A stretch of 64,000 bases of DNA from Methanobacteriota archaeon (GTDB lineage Archaea; Thermoplasmatota; Poseidoniia; Poseidoniales; Thalassarchaeaceae). The notes beneath the pieces are model-generated. The model made no database searches and was not told where the DNA came from. It saw only the letters and a list, made by a program, of their open reading frames with translations. The DNA lies in assembly GCA_002722595.1 (NCBI GenBank), contig PBMO01000024.1, forward strand, positions 11,700-75,699, written 5' to 3'. A program made the position numbers and the translations under genes. Position 1 is the first letter of the stretch; the number at the start of each line of letters is the position of its first letter. Positions 27,459 to 36,600 of the stretch are shown here, piece after piece.

Positions 27459-27929
27459 ATGGAGCCACTAGGCAGAACTCCATTTGAACACGCCCTCGCT
27501 CTTGCGTGGACTGATGGTGTAATGACTGCTATGGAATTCCGTCATTTAGACACACTTCAGCAAGCTTTGGGCATTAGTGATCAAGAGCGTTCTCTAATTG
27601 AGGAAAATTATGAAAATAAACTAGTTGAAGGTACGGCTAAAGTCGGCACAGACCGAGACTCACTTGCCAAATGGATAGATGCCATCCGCGCATTAACTGC
27701 AGTCCACCCAGATATATCCAGCGGCTTAGCTCGCCGTCTTGGTGGTACTGCCTTACGTGCAGGCCTCACTCAAGCCGGTTGGAAATTGGGCTATACATGG
27801 ATGAATCAATTGGGTTTGGCAAAACCATTCGCCGAAGGATGTTGGATGGTTGGGGGCCCCCTTCCCCCCCTCAACGCTGTCCCCCTAGCACTAGCTCCCG
27901 TTGCCAATAGTTTGTCACTACTAGAGTAG
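27459..27929 (+). CDS. TerB-like domain protein
   Basis: ALALAWTDGVMTAMEFRHLDTLQQALGISDQERSLIEE fits the TerB pattern. The ATG follows directly after the TAA of the upstream gene. Confidence 0.5.
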   Translation: MEPLGRTPFEHALALAWTDGVMTAMEFRHLDTLQQALGISDQERSLIEENYENKLVEGTAKVGTDRDSLAKWIDAIRALTAVHPDISSGLARRLGGTALRAGLTQAGWKLGYTWMNQLGLAKPFAEGCWMVGGPLPPLNAVPLALAPVANSLSLLE

Positions 27930-27964
27930 TGGTGAAATTTGGCAACTTCTCTATGCGGATAGCG

Positions 27965-28327
27965 TTATTCACTATGGGCTTCCAATAAATCGATTGAGAT
28001 TATTGCCAATGCTTCCTCATGGGTACACTCCAAACTGACTGGACAAGCGACACCTGCATTGGCCGCATCTAACCAAGTCTGTGCACAGACACACCAACGA
28101 TCTCCAGCCTTGAGTCCTGGGAAATTGAATTGCGGGGCCGGCGTAATCAAATCATTGCCCTTGGATAGAGCAAAATTCAGGAATTCATCCGTCAGAATAC
28201 AGCATACAGTGTGAGATCCCCTATCACTAGAATCTGTGTTGCAACAGCCATCTCGGTACCACCCAGTCATTGGATCAGTAGAACAGGGTTGAAGTTCAGT
28301 CCCATTGACATTGACACTTGGGTGCAT
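27965..28327 (-). CDS. DUF2237-family protein
   Basis: TGWYRDGCCNTD and CVCAQTW motifs are typical of the DUF2237 family (from memory). Confidence 0.55.
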   Translation of the reverse strand: MHPSVNVNGTELQPCSTDPMTGWYRDGCCNTDSSDRGSHTVCCILTDEFLNFALSKGNDLITPAPQFNFPGLKAGDRWCVCAQTWLDAANAGVACPVSLECTHEEALAIISIDLLEAHSE

Positions 28328-28400
28328 ATAACGACGGTAGTATGGGGAATCTTAACTCTGTGTGAATATTCCTTTCCTTCGAATAATTGAAAGCATATCT

Positions 28401-28838
28401 TTAGGGTCGAATTTCAAGTACCCAATCAAGCGATGCTCCTGCCCCAGTGACCATTGCTCCGACGCTACAATTTTTCTCATGGCTTTTTTCGATAATCCTC
28501 TCTACTAATTTTTGAGGAACATCACCTTCGATGACATAATTCATTCTAATGGCAGTAAATTTTCGAGGAGGTTCTTCGCGTCGATCGGCATCCAATTCAA
28601 TCCACATATCTCGCACATTTTCCATGCGGTGCTTGAGGCCGGTGATGACATCCAGTAGCGTACATCCACCATGGGCAAGAAGAACCATCTGAACGGGATT
28701 CGGCGACTCACTTGTGTGCATTGGCATGGTAATCCCGTGTTGGTTTTCACCCTCTAAATCTTCATCCCCCATCCAGCGTACGATTCCCTTCATATCTACG
28801 CGCACACGTAAGGAGTGGATGAGGGTTAGCATCATCAA
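28401..28838 (-). CDS. OsmC/Ohr-family peroxiredoxin-like protein
   Basis: About 140 aa with [10 protein letters not shown] and a later CSVGAMV cysteine, the two-Cys arrangement of the OsmC family. Confidence 0.55.
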   Translation of the reverse strand: MMMLTLIHSLRVRVDMKGIVRWMGDEDLEGENQHGITMPMHTSESPNPVQMVLLAHGGCTLLDVITGLKHRMENVRDMWIELDADRREEPPRKFTAIRMNYVIEGDVPQKLVERIIEKSHEKNCSVGAMVTGAGASLDWVLEIRP

Positions 28839-30094
28839 TGTCCTCTTTCTCGGCGCGATTGAGAGACATGTCTGGTACTACAATCACAATGCAAAATGGC
28901 GCACTAAATGTCCCAAATGACCCGATAGTTCACTATATCGAGGGAGATGGCATCGGAATCGACATTACTCCCGTAATGATTGAAGTCGTTGATGCTAGTG
29001 TGAACAAAGCCTACAATGGGGAAAAGCAAATCCATTGGAATGAAGTGCTTGCTGGTGAGAAAGCCTTCAATGCAACAGGAGAATGGTTACCTGATGAGAC
29101 ACTCGATGCAATGAGAAATGGGTTAGTATCAATCAAAGGACCCCTAACAACACCTGTTGGTGGCGGGATTCGAAGCCTCAACGTCGCTCTCAGGCAGCGT
29201 CTCGATCTTTTCGCATGTGTCCGTCCGGTTCGCTGGTATGCAGGCACCCCTAGTCCAGTGCGAGACCCAGGAGCAGTCGACATGATTATTTTCAGAGAAA
29301 ACAGTGAAGACGTCTATGCAGGAATAGAATGGGAAGCAGGTTCTGATGAGGTTGCCAAAGTGATAGAGTTCCTCCAGAATGAAATGGGAGTCACCAAGAT
29401 CCGCTTCCCAAATACAAGTGGTATCGGAATCAAACCAATCTCCAGCGAAGGGACAGGACGAATTGTTCGTGCCGCAATTCGATATGCGATTGACAACGAC
29501 AAGGATAGCGTAACACTTGTTCACAAGGGCAACATCATGAAATTTACAGAAGGAGGCTTCCGAGATTGGGGTTACCAACTTGCGCAGGATGAATTTGGTG
29601 CAGAGTTACTTGATGGAGGCCCTTGGTGTTCGCTAATCAATCCAAATACAGGAAATACAATCATCATCAAAGATGTAATTGCAGATGCGATGTTACAACA
29701 AGTATTGACTCGACCAAGAGAGTACGGAGTTCTAGCAACAATGAATCTCAATGGCGATTATATTTCAGATGCACTTGCAGCCCAAGTTGGAGGAATTGGA
29801 ATAGCACCTGGTGCCAATATCAATTATGATACGGGAATTTCGATATTTGAGGCAACTCATGGCACCGCTCCGAAATATACAGGACAGGACAAAGTCAACC
29901 CAGGAAGTCTGATTCTCAGCGCAGAAATGATGCTACGGCATATGGGTTGGTCCGAAGCAGCAGATCTCATTGTGAAGGGAATGGAGGGCGCGATTAGTGC
30001 CAAGACGGTGACTTACGATTTTGAGAGATTAATGGAAGGTGCCACCCTACTCAAGTGCTCAGAGTTTGGACAGGCAATCATTGAACATATGTAA
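28838..30094 (+). CDS. icd: NADP-dependent isocitrate dehydrogenase
   Basis: [14 protein letters not shown], the [30 protein letters not shown] motif, and [26 protein letters not shown]. Confidence 0.9.
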   Translation: MSSFSARLRDMSGTTITMQNGALNVPNDPIVHYIEGDGIGIDITPVMIEVVDASVNKAYNGEKQIHWNEVLAGEKAFNATGEWLPDETLDAMRNGLVSIKGPLTTPVGGGIRSLNVALRQRLDLFACVRPVRWYAGTPSPVRDPGAVDMIIFRENSEDVYAGIEWEAGSDEVAKVIEFLQNEMGVTKIRFPNTSGIGIKPISSEGTGRIVRAAIRYAIDNDKDSVTLVHKGNIMKFTEGGFRDWGYQLAQDEFGAELLDGGPWCSLINPNTGNTIIIKDVIADAMLQQVLTRPREYGVLATMNLNGDYISDALAAQVGGIGIAPGANINYDTGISIFEATHGTAPKYTGQDKVNPGSLILSAEMMLRHMGWSEAADLIVKGMEGAISAKTVTYDFERLMEGATLLKCSEFGQAIIEHM

Positions 30095-30097
30095 CGC

Positions 30098-33000
30098 TCA
30101 ACCTTCTTCTGCCCATTTGATTAATCGATCAATTAACTCAGATTTCTTCCCGCTAACTGGAAGATCCCTTTCCTTGAGTAGATCAGTCAACTCTTTCTTG
30201 GTCATTGTATCTAGATCCGGTAATTCCGGTTTAGTGGAATCTTCTTCCACATTTTCAATTTCAGCATTAATCATCTCGACGATATCTTCAGCATCCTCGT
30301 TAGCTACAGTCTCTTGCTTCCGCCTTACTCTCTTCCGCTTGTTTTCACTAACAGGTTTTGTCGGCGTATTGTCAAAGGTATGATCTGCAATTCTTCGGTT
30401 CCATAAATCGATATAATGACCTGGAGAAAAGCGACCTGCTTCCACGTGTAGGAACATTCTCTTGGTAGCAGCATCCGTTGTCAAACCAAGGGAAACAGCT
30501 TTCTCCATAACAGATGCCAACTCATCATTTTCCTTTTGTTCCATCAATACATCATCGTCATCAAATTCGAATTTCCGGTCTTCGATTTCTGATATAATTT
30601 GTTGAAATTGCCTATTGGATATAATTCCCGCTTCAAACAAACTAGTTGCTTGATTGGCAGCCCTTCTTAGTTGCAAAGGATTTGTAGCACTTGCAACGAT
30701 ATCCATCATCTTCTTCTTCTGCTTCCCCCTTCCAGTTAGTATCAAGGTTCGTTGACCAACAACGAGTAAGAGAACGATTGGAATTAGGATAATACCAATT
30801 GCAGTTATTTCACCTGCTAGTAATTGCTCAAAGAAGGTTTCATCTTCTGCGGCTTTGATTGCATCATCACATCCATCTTTGTCGAGATCGTTGAGTGTTT
30901 CAGTCCACAGTTCTGGGCATAAATCAAATTCATCGAGAACACCATCTCCATCGTCATCATCGTCCTCTGCACCATCACGACAACCATCAAGATCCATATC
31001 ATTGCTAATATCAATAGGAACAATTAGGCCATCATTGGTCCTAATCACTTCACCCTGTGGACAAGCATCTTCATCGTCATTTAGACCATCAGCATCATCA
31101 TCATCGTCTTCAAACGAATCCAAACAACCGTCACCATCTATGTCATTCGTTTCATTGGAAATCCAATTTTTCTGTGAACCAATTGATGCCGAACAACCAT
31201 CGAGTACGTTGCCATTGACATCACGATCATTGACTCCATCGTTATCATCATCTAGATCTTCACTGAAATCCCAACATCCATCATTGTCATAATCTGTTAA
31301 CAGGGTCGGCGTCCATCCCTTGTTCCCTTTGGGGCATGAATCATTTTCATCGAGAACACCATCTCCATCATCATCATCATCACACAAATCACCATACATG
31401 TCATTGTCATAATTATCTTGGTCAGTATTTTCAATATCCAAACAATTGTCAAAGGTATCCCCTACGAGGTCCCCATCTCTGTCATTGAGGGGGTCGCAAC
31501 CATCAGGAATACCATCGAAATCCGAATCTAAAGCATCATTGAAGCCATTACAGATATCATAGGTATCCGACCATCCATCGCCATCACTATCTTCCCCAGG
31601 CCACGAATACCACTGATCTTGGACAAGCACATCTCCATCAATTGATTCCAATATGCTGGACATGTTTGTTGTCCCAAACCAGTTATCTTCTGCAACAATA
31701 TCAGCAGATGTAAGAAGTGGAGCATCAATAACAAGTTGATCTATTGTTGTGAATATGTTATCTGTCACAGTGATGGTGTCAATCGTATTTGGTGAACTCT
31801 GTGAAATTGAAATCGCTTGAACCAATTCTGACATGTTGTTATCTGAGATTGTTGCAAACCGAACATCAGTCATATCAATAGCAACACTTGATGTTAGATT
31901 CGACATGATATTGTCTTGAATCGCAATGGACCCGATACTATCCAATATTAGCATCGGCACACCATTTGCCCCACTATTTGAGAATTGATTATTCAAAATA
32001 GTCGTTTGAGAAATTAAACCATTTACTGGTTTGATTCTAATCGTAGATGCAGAATCAGAAATAATATTCCCAGAGAAGTCAACAGATGACAATTGCCCAG
32101 CCCCAGTATCAACAGCATTGGGAGTTGTTGTGAATATGAAATTCCCATCGATATCATTGAATTCGTTATTCGATATTTCCACATCTCCCCTTAATCCAGA
32201 TGCAATAATTGCGGAAGACGAAGAGGAATTTCCATTGAATACCATATTTTTAATCGTCAAATCTGAGATTCCACCGGGTGCATTAATGTGAAACATGGAT
32301 TGGCCAGAGGAAGTACCTCCATCCAAAGTAAGACCGTCAAAAGTCAAGTTTTGAATCAGATAAGTTGCTTGTACATTTACACCACCAACAATTTCGGGAC
32401 TTGCACCCTCCTCTGCCTTGAGCATTAGATTTGCAAGAATTTCTGAATTAGATATGGTTAAAATTTCATCGAAAACACCATCTGACAATTCGATTGTAAA
32501 CCAACTATTCTGTGATGCCACAACTGTATGTGCGACAGCCTCACTAGCACTTGAAAAATACGCAATCGACTCACCGATTAGAAGAGAAAGATTCTTCCCA
32601 CCCGTTTTTGCATATGGTTCGAGTTTTGTTTCCTCAACAGTAGTCGAATCGCCCACATTGATCATGTAAACACCAACATCATTGAAGTTTGAATTATCTT
32701 CATTGAAAACTCCTCCATCAGTTAGTTGTAGCGCGGCACCAACATCCAATCGCTCGTACAGATTATTTTGAACAGTCACCCCACCCTGTTGGTCATCAGG
32801 ATAAGAAGTTCCAAAATTCCAGTTTACTTGTTCATGAGCAAAAATGGCCATTCCTGGTGTGGGTAAACCATCAACTCCTGGCAACCCACCCCACAAACCA
32901 TCATGGATGTCAGCAAATCTATTGTTCTCGATAAGGGCTCCTCCGCCCTCATTAAGAGAATGTACTTCATGCAAGGAAATCCCTAGACCAATGGAACCCC

Positions 33001-33634
33001 CAACACCTCCGATGTCATAGATTTCATTTCCTCTAATTTCTAAACCATCAATTGTATTCGTTGCAGTACCACCGGGTTTAGCATCAGTCAATATCCCCCA
33101 TGACGTTGAACGAGCACCATCAACTCTTTTTGCCATCCCGTGGATGAAGTTGTTATTGATTTCAATATCTGATAAATTACCTTGTGCGCCAGAGACATAT
33201 ATTCCCCATCGGGTACTTTCATCACCTCGAATATCAAAGCCATCAATTGATACCAGACTACTTTGAATCAGGAATCCACCAGACGTTTGTTCAATATCCA
33301 CAATTGTTTCCTCTAGGCCCCCTGCACTCCTAACCAAAGCACTCTGCCCACTACCTGCACCTTTCAGACTTAGAGGGTGGGAGATGGTAATGGAGCCTGT
33401 AAGCTCGTATGTTCCAGCATTTACCCAGATGGTATCACTCGGGCTCGATGCTATGACTGCATCCGCAATTGTACAATATGGATCTTCCACAGAACCATCA
33501 CCGAAATTGGGGCAATTGGCAACATCCACATATATTTCACTTCGACCTTGTGTGGCAGAACTCATTGGCAAAGATACAGAGAGGAACAAAAGAGAAACAA
33601 GCGCAAACGCAAGCACACGCTTTGAACCAATCAC
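30098..33634 (-). CDS. Giant type-I membrane surface protein: signal peptide, right-handed beta-helix (PbH1-like) region, TSP3-like Ca-binding Asp repeats, one TM, cytoplasmic tail ending in a SAP motif
   Basis: N-terminal signal MIGSKRVLAFALVSLLFLSVSLPMSSA. Periodic IxNNxF/IxxN beta-helix turns through about aa 650. DxDxDGxxDxxD repeats (DSDGDGWSD, DRDGDLVGD, DDDGDGVLDE). TM ITAIGIILIPIVLLLVVG. C-terminus LPDLDTMTKKELTDLLKERDLPVSGKKSELIDRLIKW fits the SAP consensus. Confidence 0.75.
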   Translation of the reverse strand: MIGSKRVLAFALVSLLFLSVSLPMSSATQGRSEIYVDVANCPNFGDGSVEDPYCTIADAVIASSPSDTIWVNAGTYELTGSITISHPLSLKGAGSGQSALVRSAGGLEETIVDIEQTSGGFLIQSSLVSIDGFDIRGDESTRWGIYVSGAQGNLSDIEINNNFIHGMAKRVDGARSTSWGILTDAKPGGTATNTIDGLEIRGNEIYDIGGVGGSIGLGISLHEVHSLNEGGGALIENNRFADIHDGLWGGLPGVDGLPTPGMAIFAHEQVNWNFGTSYPDDQQGGVTVQNNLYERLDVGAALQLTDGGVFNEDNSNFNDVGVYMINVGDSTTVEETKLEPYAKTGGKNLSLLIGESIAYFSSASEAVAHTVVASQNSWFTIELSDGVFDEILTISNSEILANLMLKAEEGASPEIVGGVNVQATYLIQNLTFDGLTLDGGTSSGQSMFHINAPGGISDLTIKNMVFNGNSSSSSAIIASGLRGDVEISNNEFNDIDGNFIFTTTPNAVDTGAGQLSSVDFSGNIISDSASTIRIKPVNGLISQTTILNNQFSNSGANGVPMLILDSIGSIAIQDNIMSNLTSSVAIDMTDVRFATISDNNMSELVQAISISQSSPNTIDTITVTDNIFTTIDQLVIDAPLLTSADIVAEDNWFGTTNMSSILESIDGDVLVQDQWYSWPGEDSDGDGWSDTYDICNGFNDALDSDFDGIPDGCDPLNDRDGDLVGDTFDNCLDIENTDQDNYDNDMYGDLCDDDDDGDGVLDENDSCPKGNKGWTPTLLTDYDNDGCWDFSEDLDDDNDGVNDRDVNGNVLDGCSASIGSQKNWISNETNDIDGDGCLDSFEDDDDDADGLNDDEDACPQGEVIRTNDGLIVPIDISNDMDLDGCRDGAEDDDDDGDGVLDEFDLCPELWTETLNDLDKDGCDDAIKAAEDETFFEQLLAGEITAIGIILIPIVLLLVVGQRTLILTGRGKQKKKMMDIVASATNPLQLRRAANQATSLFEAGIISNRQFQQIISEIEDRKFEFDDDDVLMEQKENDELASVMEKAVSLGLTTDAATKRMFLHVEAGRFSPGHYIDLWNRRIADHTFDNTPTKPVSENKRKRVRRKQETVANEDAEDIVEMINAEIENVEEDSTKPELPDLDTMTKKELTDLLKERDLPVSGKKSELIDRLIKWAEEG

Positions 33635-33644
33635 AATCTCACCT

Positions 33645-36600
33645 CTAACTCAACCAATCATCATCATCAGAGGGAGCATCATCTAAATTTTCAGCATCCC
33701 TGTATTCCTTGTATGCTTCCCATTCTTCATCAGAAATCTCCCCATCACCATCAGTGTCAATAGCATCGAACATCACGTCGCCAGCTTCACTTCTTTCCCA
33801 AGCAGACCTTTCAGCGGCTTTTCTTCGCATAAGGGCCATCATAGTCAATCCAACAGCAATCATTAGTGCGATAACAAAGGCACCAATAGCCCAGTAATCC
33901 TTACTTTCTTTTTCAGCAATCCCACTTGACAAAACACAACCCTGAGCATCAACGATAGATCTTTGCGCTTTCAGCGTATTTGGACAGATATCGAATTCAT
34001 CGATTACTCCATCCCCATCCCCATCGTCTGTTATCGTGTCACCTTCAATAGCACAACCATTGGTTTTGACAGGTGTATTTGCTTTAGTATTGATACATCG
34101 GTCCAAATCATTGGTAATGCCATCTCCATCACTATCAAGTTGATAATTCGCGCAACCATTGACATTGACATTTAGATCTTCAACAGTGTTTGGACATGCA
34201 TCCAATATGTCGACAACTCCATCATTATCTGCATCAGATAATCCAGCCGTACACCCAAGTAAATCGACTTCTGCTCCGAATGGGGTATTCAAACATTGGT
34301 CATTTGCATCAGACACCCCGTCATCATCGGCATCTCTCTGAGTGGAGCCACAACCAACCAAGTCAGTAGTAACAACATCATAACCGGGAGTTCCTGGGCA
34401 ATCATCATTTGAGTCGGGAACTCCATCATTATCAGAATCCTTCTGACTCAAACCGCAACCCTGTGAATCTACTACGTCACTTGCGGGGGTGAAAGGACAA
34501 TTGTCGTATATGTCTGCAACACCATCCATGTCATTGTCATCGGTAACAGCATCACCTTCCGCACAACCGACCAAATTGATTTCAGATCCAGGAGGCGTGG
34601 TATCACACACATCAATTTCGTCATTGATAGAATCTCCATCAGAATCTTTCTCAGAAGGTGCACAACCATCCATATCAACAGACGAACTCAATGGGGAATC
34701 GGGACATAAATCTGCATTATCCATAACTCCGTCCCCATCACTGTCCAGTTGGGATCCTCCGCAACCAAATTCATTGACAGATTCATTTCCAGGGGTTCCC
34801 GGACATTGATCTGCAATATCCTTGTAACCGTCTCCATCAGTATCTCTTTCAGAAGGCCCACAACCTGTTTGGATATTGACCTGTGCGTGTTCCGAAAATG
34901 GGGTATTCAAACATTGGTCAATATCCTCAGTCACGGAATCTCTGTCGGTGTCATCAAGACAACCGTCTGCCCCCAAAACGCCAGTCCCATCTCCAACGTA
35001 TGCATCATACTCAGGTGCAGCAAATTCATCCGGGCAACTGTCATCTGGATCATAAAATTGGTCTTCATCCGCATTATCTATGCAACCGTCCGCTCCAGTT
35101 TCAGATGAGCCAATCCCTGTATAATCATCGTAATTCAATGCATTTTCGGTTGGACAGAGATCATTCCATATAGGCACTTGATCACCATCGTCGTCAGATT
35201 CTAAAATCTCCAAAACCTGCACCACTTGAACAGAAGTACCACCTATATCGTCGATAGCTCTCAAAATGATAAGCAGATTCCCAGTTGGCAGTAAATTGGT
35301 ACTGAAGTTGTTTGAATTGGGCATGCGATCCCATCCAGTAAAACCCTCGTAAACATCAGTCTGATTGTAGTATTCAACGGTCCCTTCATTCACATCATAC
35401 TTCTCAATAATCCATTCATAGGTAGTGATTGGTCTTTCACTAGTAAACTCAACGGTGAAATTGACCGGACGTCCTTTGAACACAGCCTGCCCTGTAGGGG
35501 TACTCTGCCAATATTCACTAGTTATTCCCTGACTCCCTACCACAAGTTCAGGACGATCCCAAACTGAAAGGTTGAACTCGGAAGAATCGTAACCCCCTCC
35601 ATTCCATGAATAAAGAGTCAATTCTAATGGTTCATGCTGTGTTGTAGTCGGAGTTCCTGAAATCACACCACTTGTAGCATTGAAAGTCATGCCGGGAGGC
35701 AACACCCCGTTATTTTTACCAGGAGGATTTGCAGAAACCATCTGAAGGCCGTGATCGTTTGTGTTTGAAGCCGCGATACCTGTAAGATAGTTGTTCCCTT
35801 CTCCACCACAATATGGAGCAAGTTCTCCTTCAATCTCTAAACAGATTGTGGATCTAATATTGTACGATTCACTTCCACTCAACTTGGCAACATACATCCC
35901 AGTAACACTCTTGTAATCTTCATCATTACCAACACCTTTCCAATTCAAGGCATGCCATCCACCCTTATTTGCTCCAAAGCATCGAACGAGATTGTCTTCA
36001 AACAGGACACATGTACCACTATCACTCTTTGCAACAGTGACGGGTACAGAGTTTGAATCGATTGTCAAACTATATCCACTGGCATGGTCTGTGAAATCAA
36101 TATGGTTCACGTTGTCTGAATATGTGTCAGTACTACTGCTTGGATTGTTTTGGCGATCATGTCCTTCCCCCCAACACCAAAGCCGAACCACAATTGATGC
36201 AGAATCCGTACGGTCGTTTCCAATCACGCAAACACCATTATTATCTAAATCAAAGTCAGTGATTTCAACATCAGTATATGCTGAACTGAATGACACCTTA
36301 ATTGGAACTTCGTTTTGCTTAGTCTTGCTGTAGTCTCCAGCTATACTACCTCCATAAGTGGCCAACCAATTTGACTCATTATGTCCATTAGCAGGAGTAT
36401 TACTAGTACCGCCCCAACACCATAAATCTCCATCCGAGTCCAAGGCACAAACCCTGCTTGTGTAGACTTCAACATCAATGAAATTTACAGTTTCATCTAC
36501 ATGAACTCTGGTTGGATAATATCGTGATTGACGGTCCCCCACACCCAATTGCCCATTGGCGTTACTTCCCCAACAATACAACTTCGCACTTGCGATTGCA

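Noticed and set aside
30855-31292. Ser-rich plus-strand ORFs inside the giant protein genes (e.g. 30855..31292, 39127..39549, 40000..40419)
   Set aside because: These are antisense translations of the Asp-codon-rich (GAT/GAC to ATC/GTC) TSP3-repeat regions, which naturally give long Ser/Ile-rich open frames on the opposite strand.
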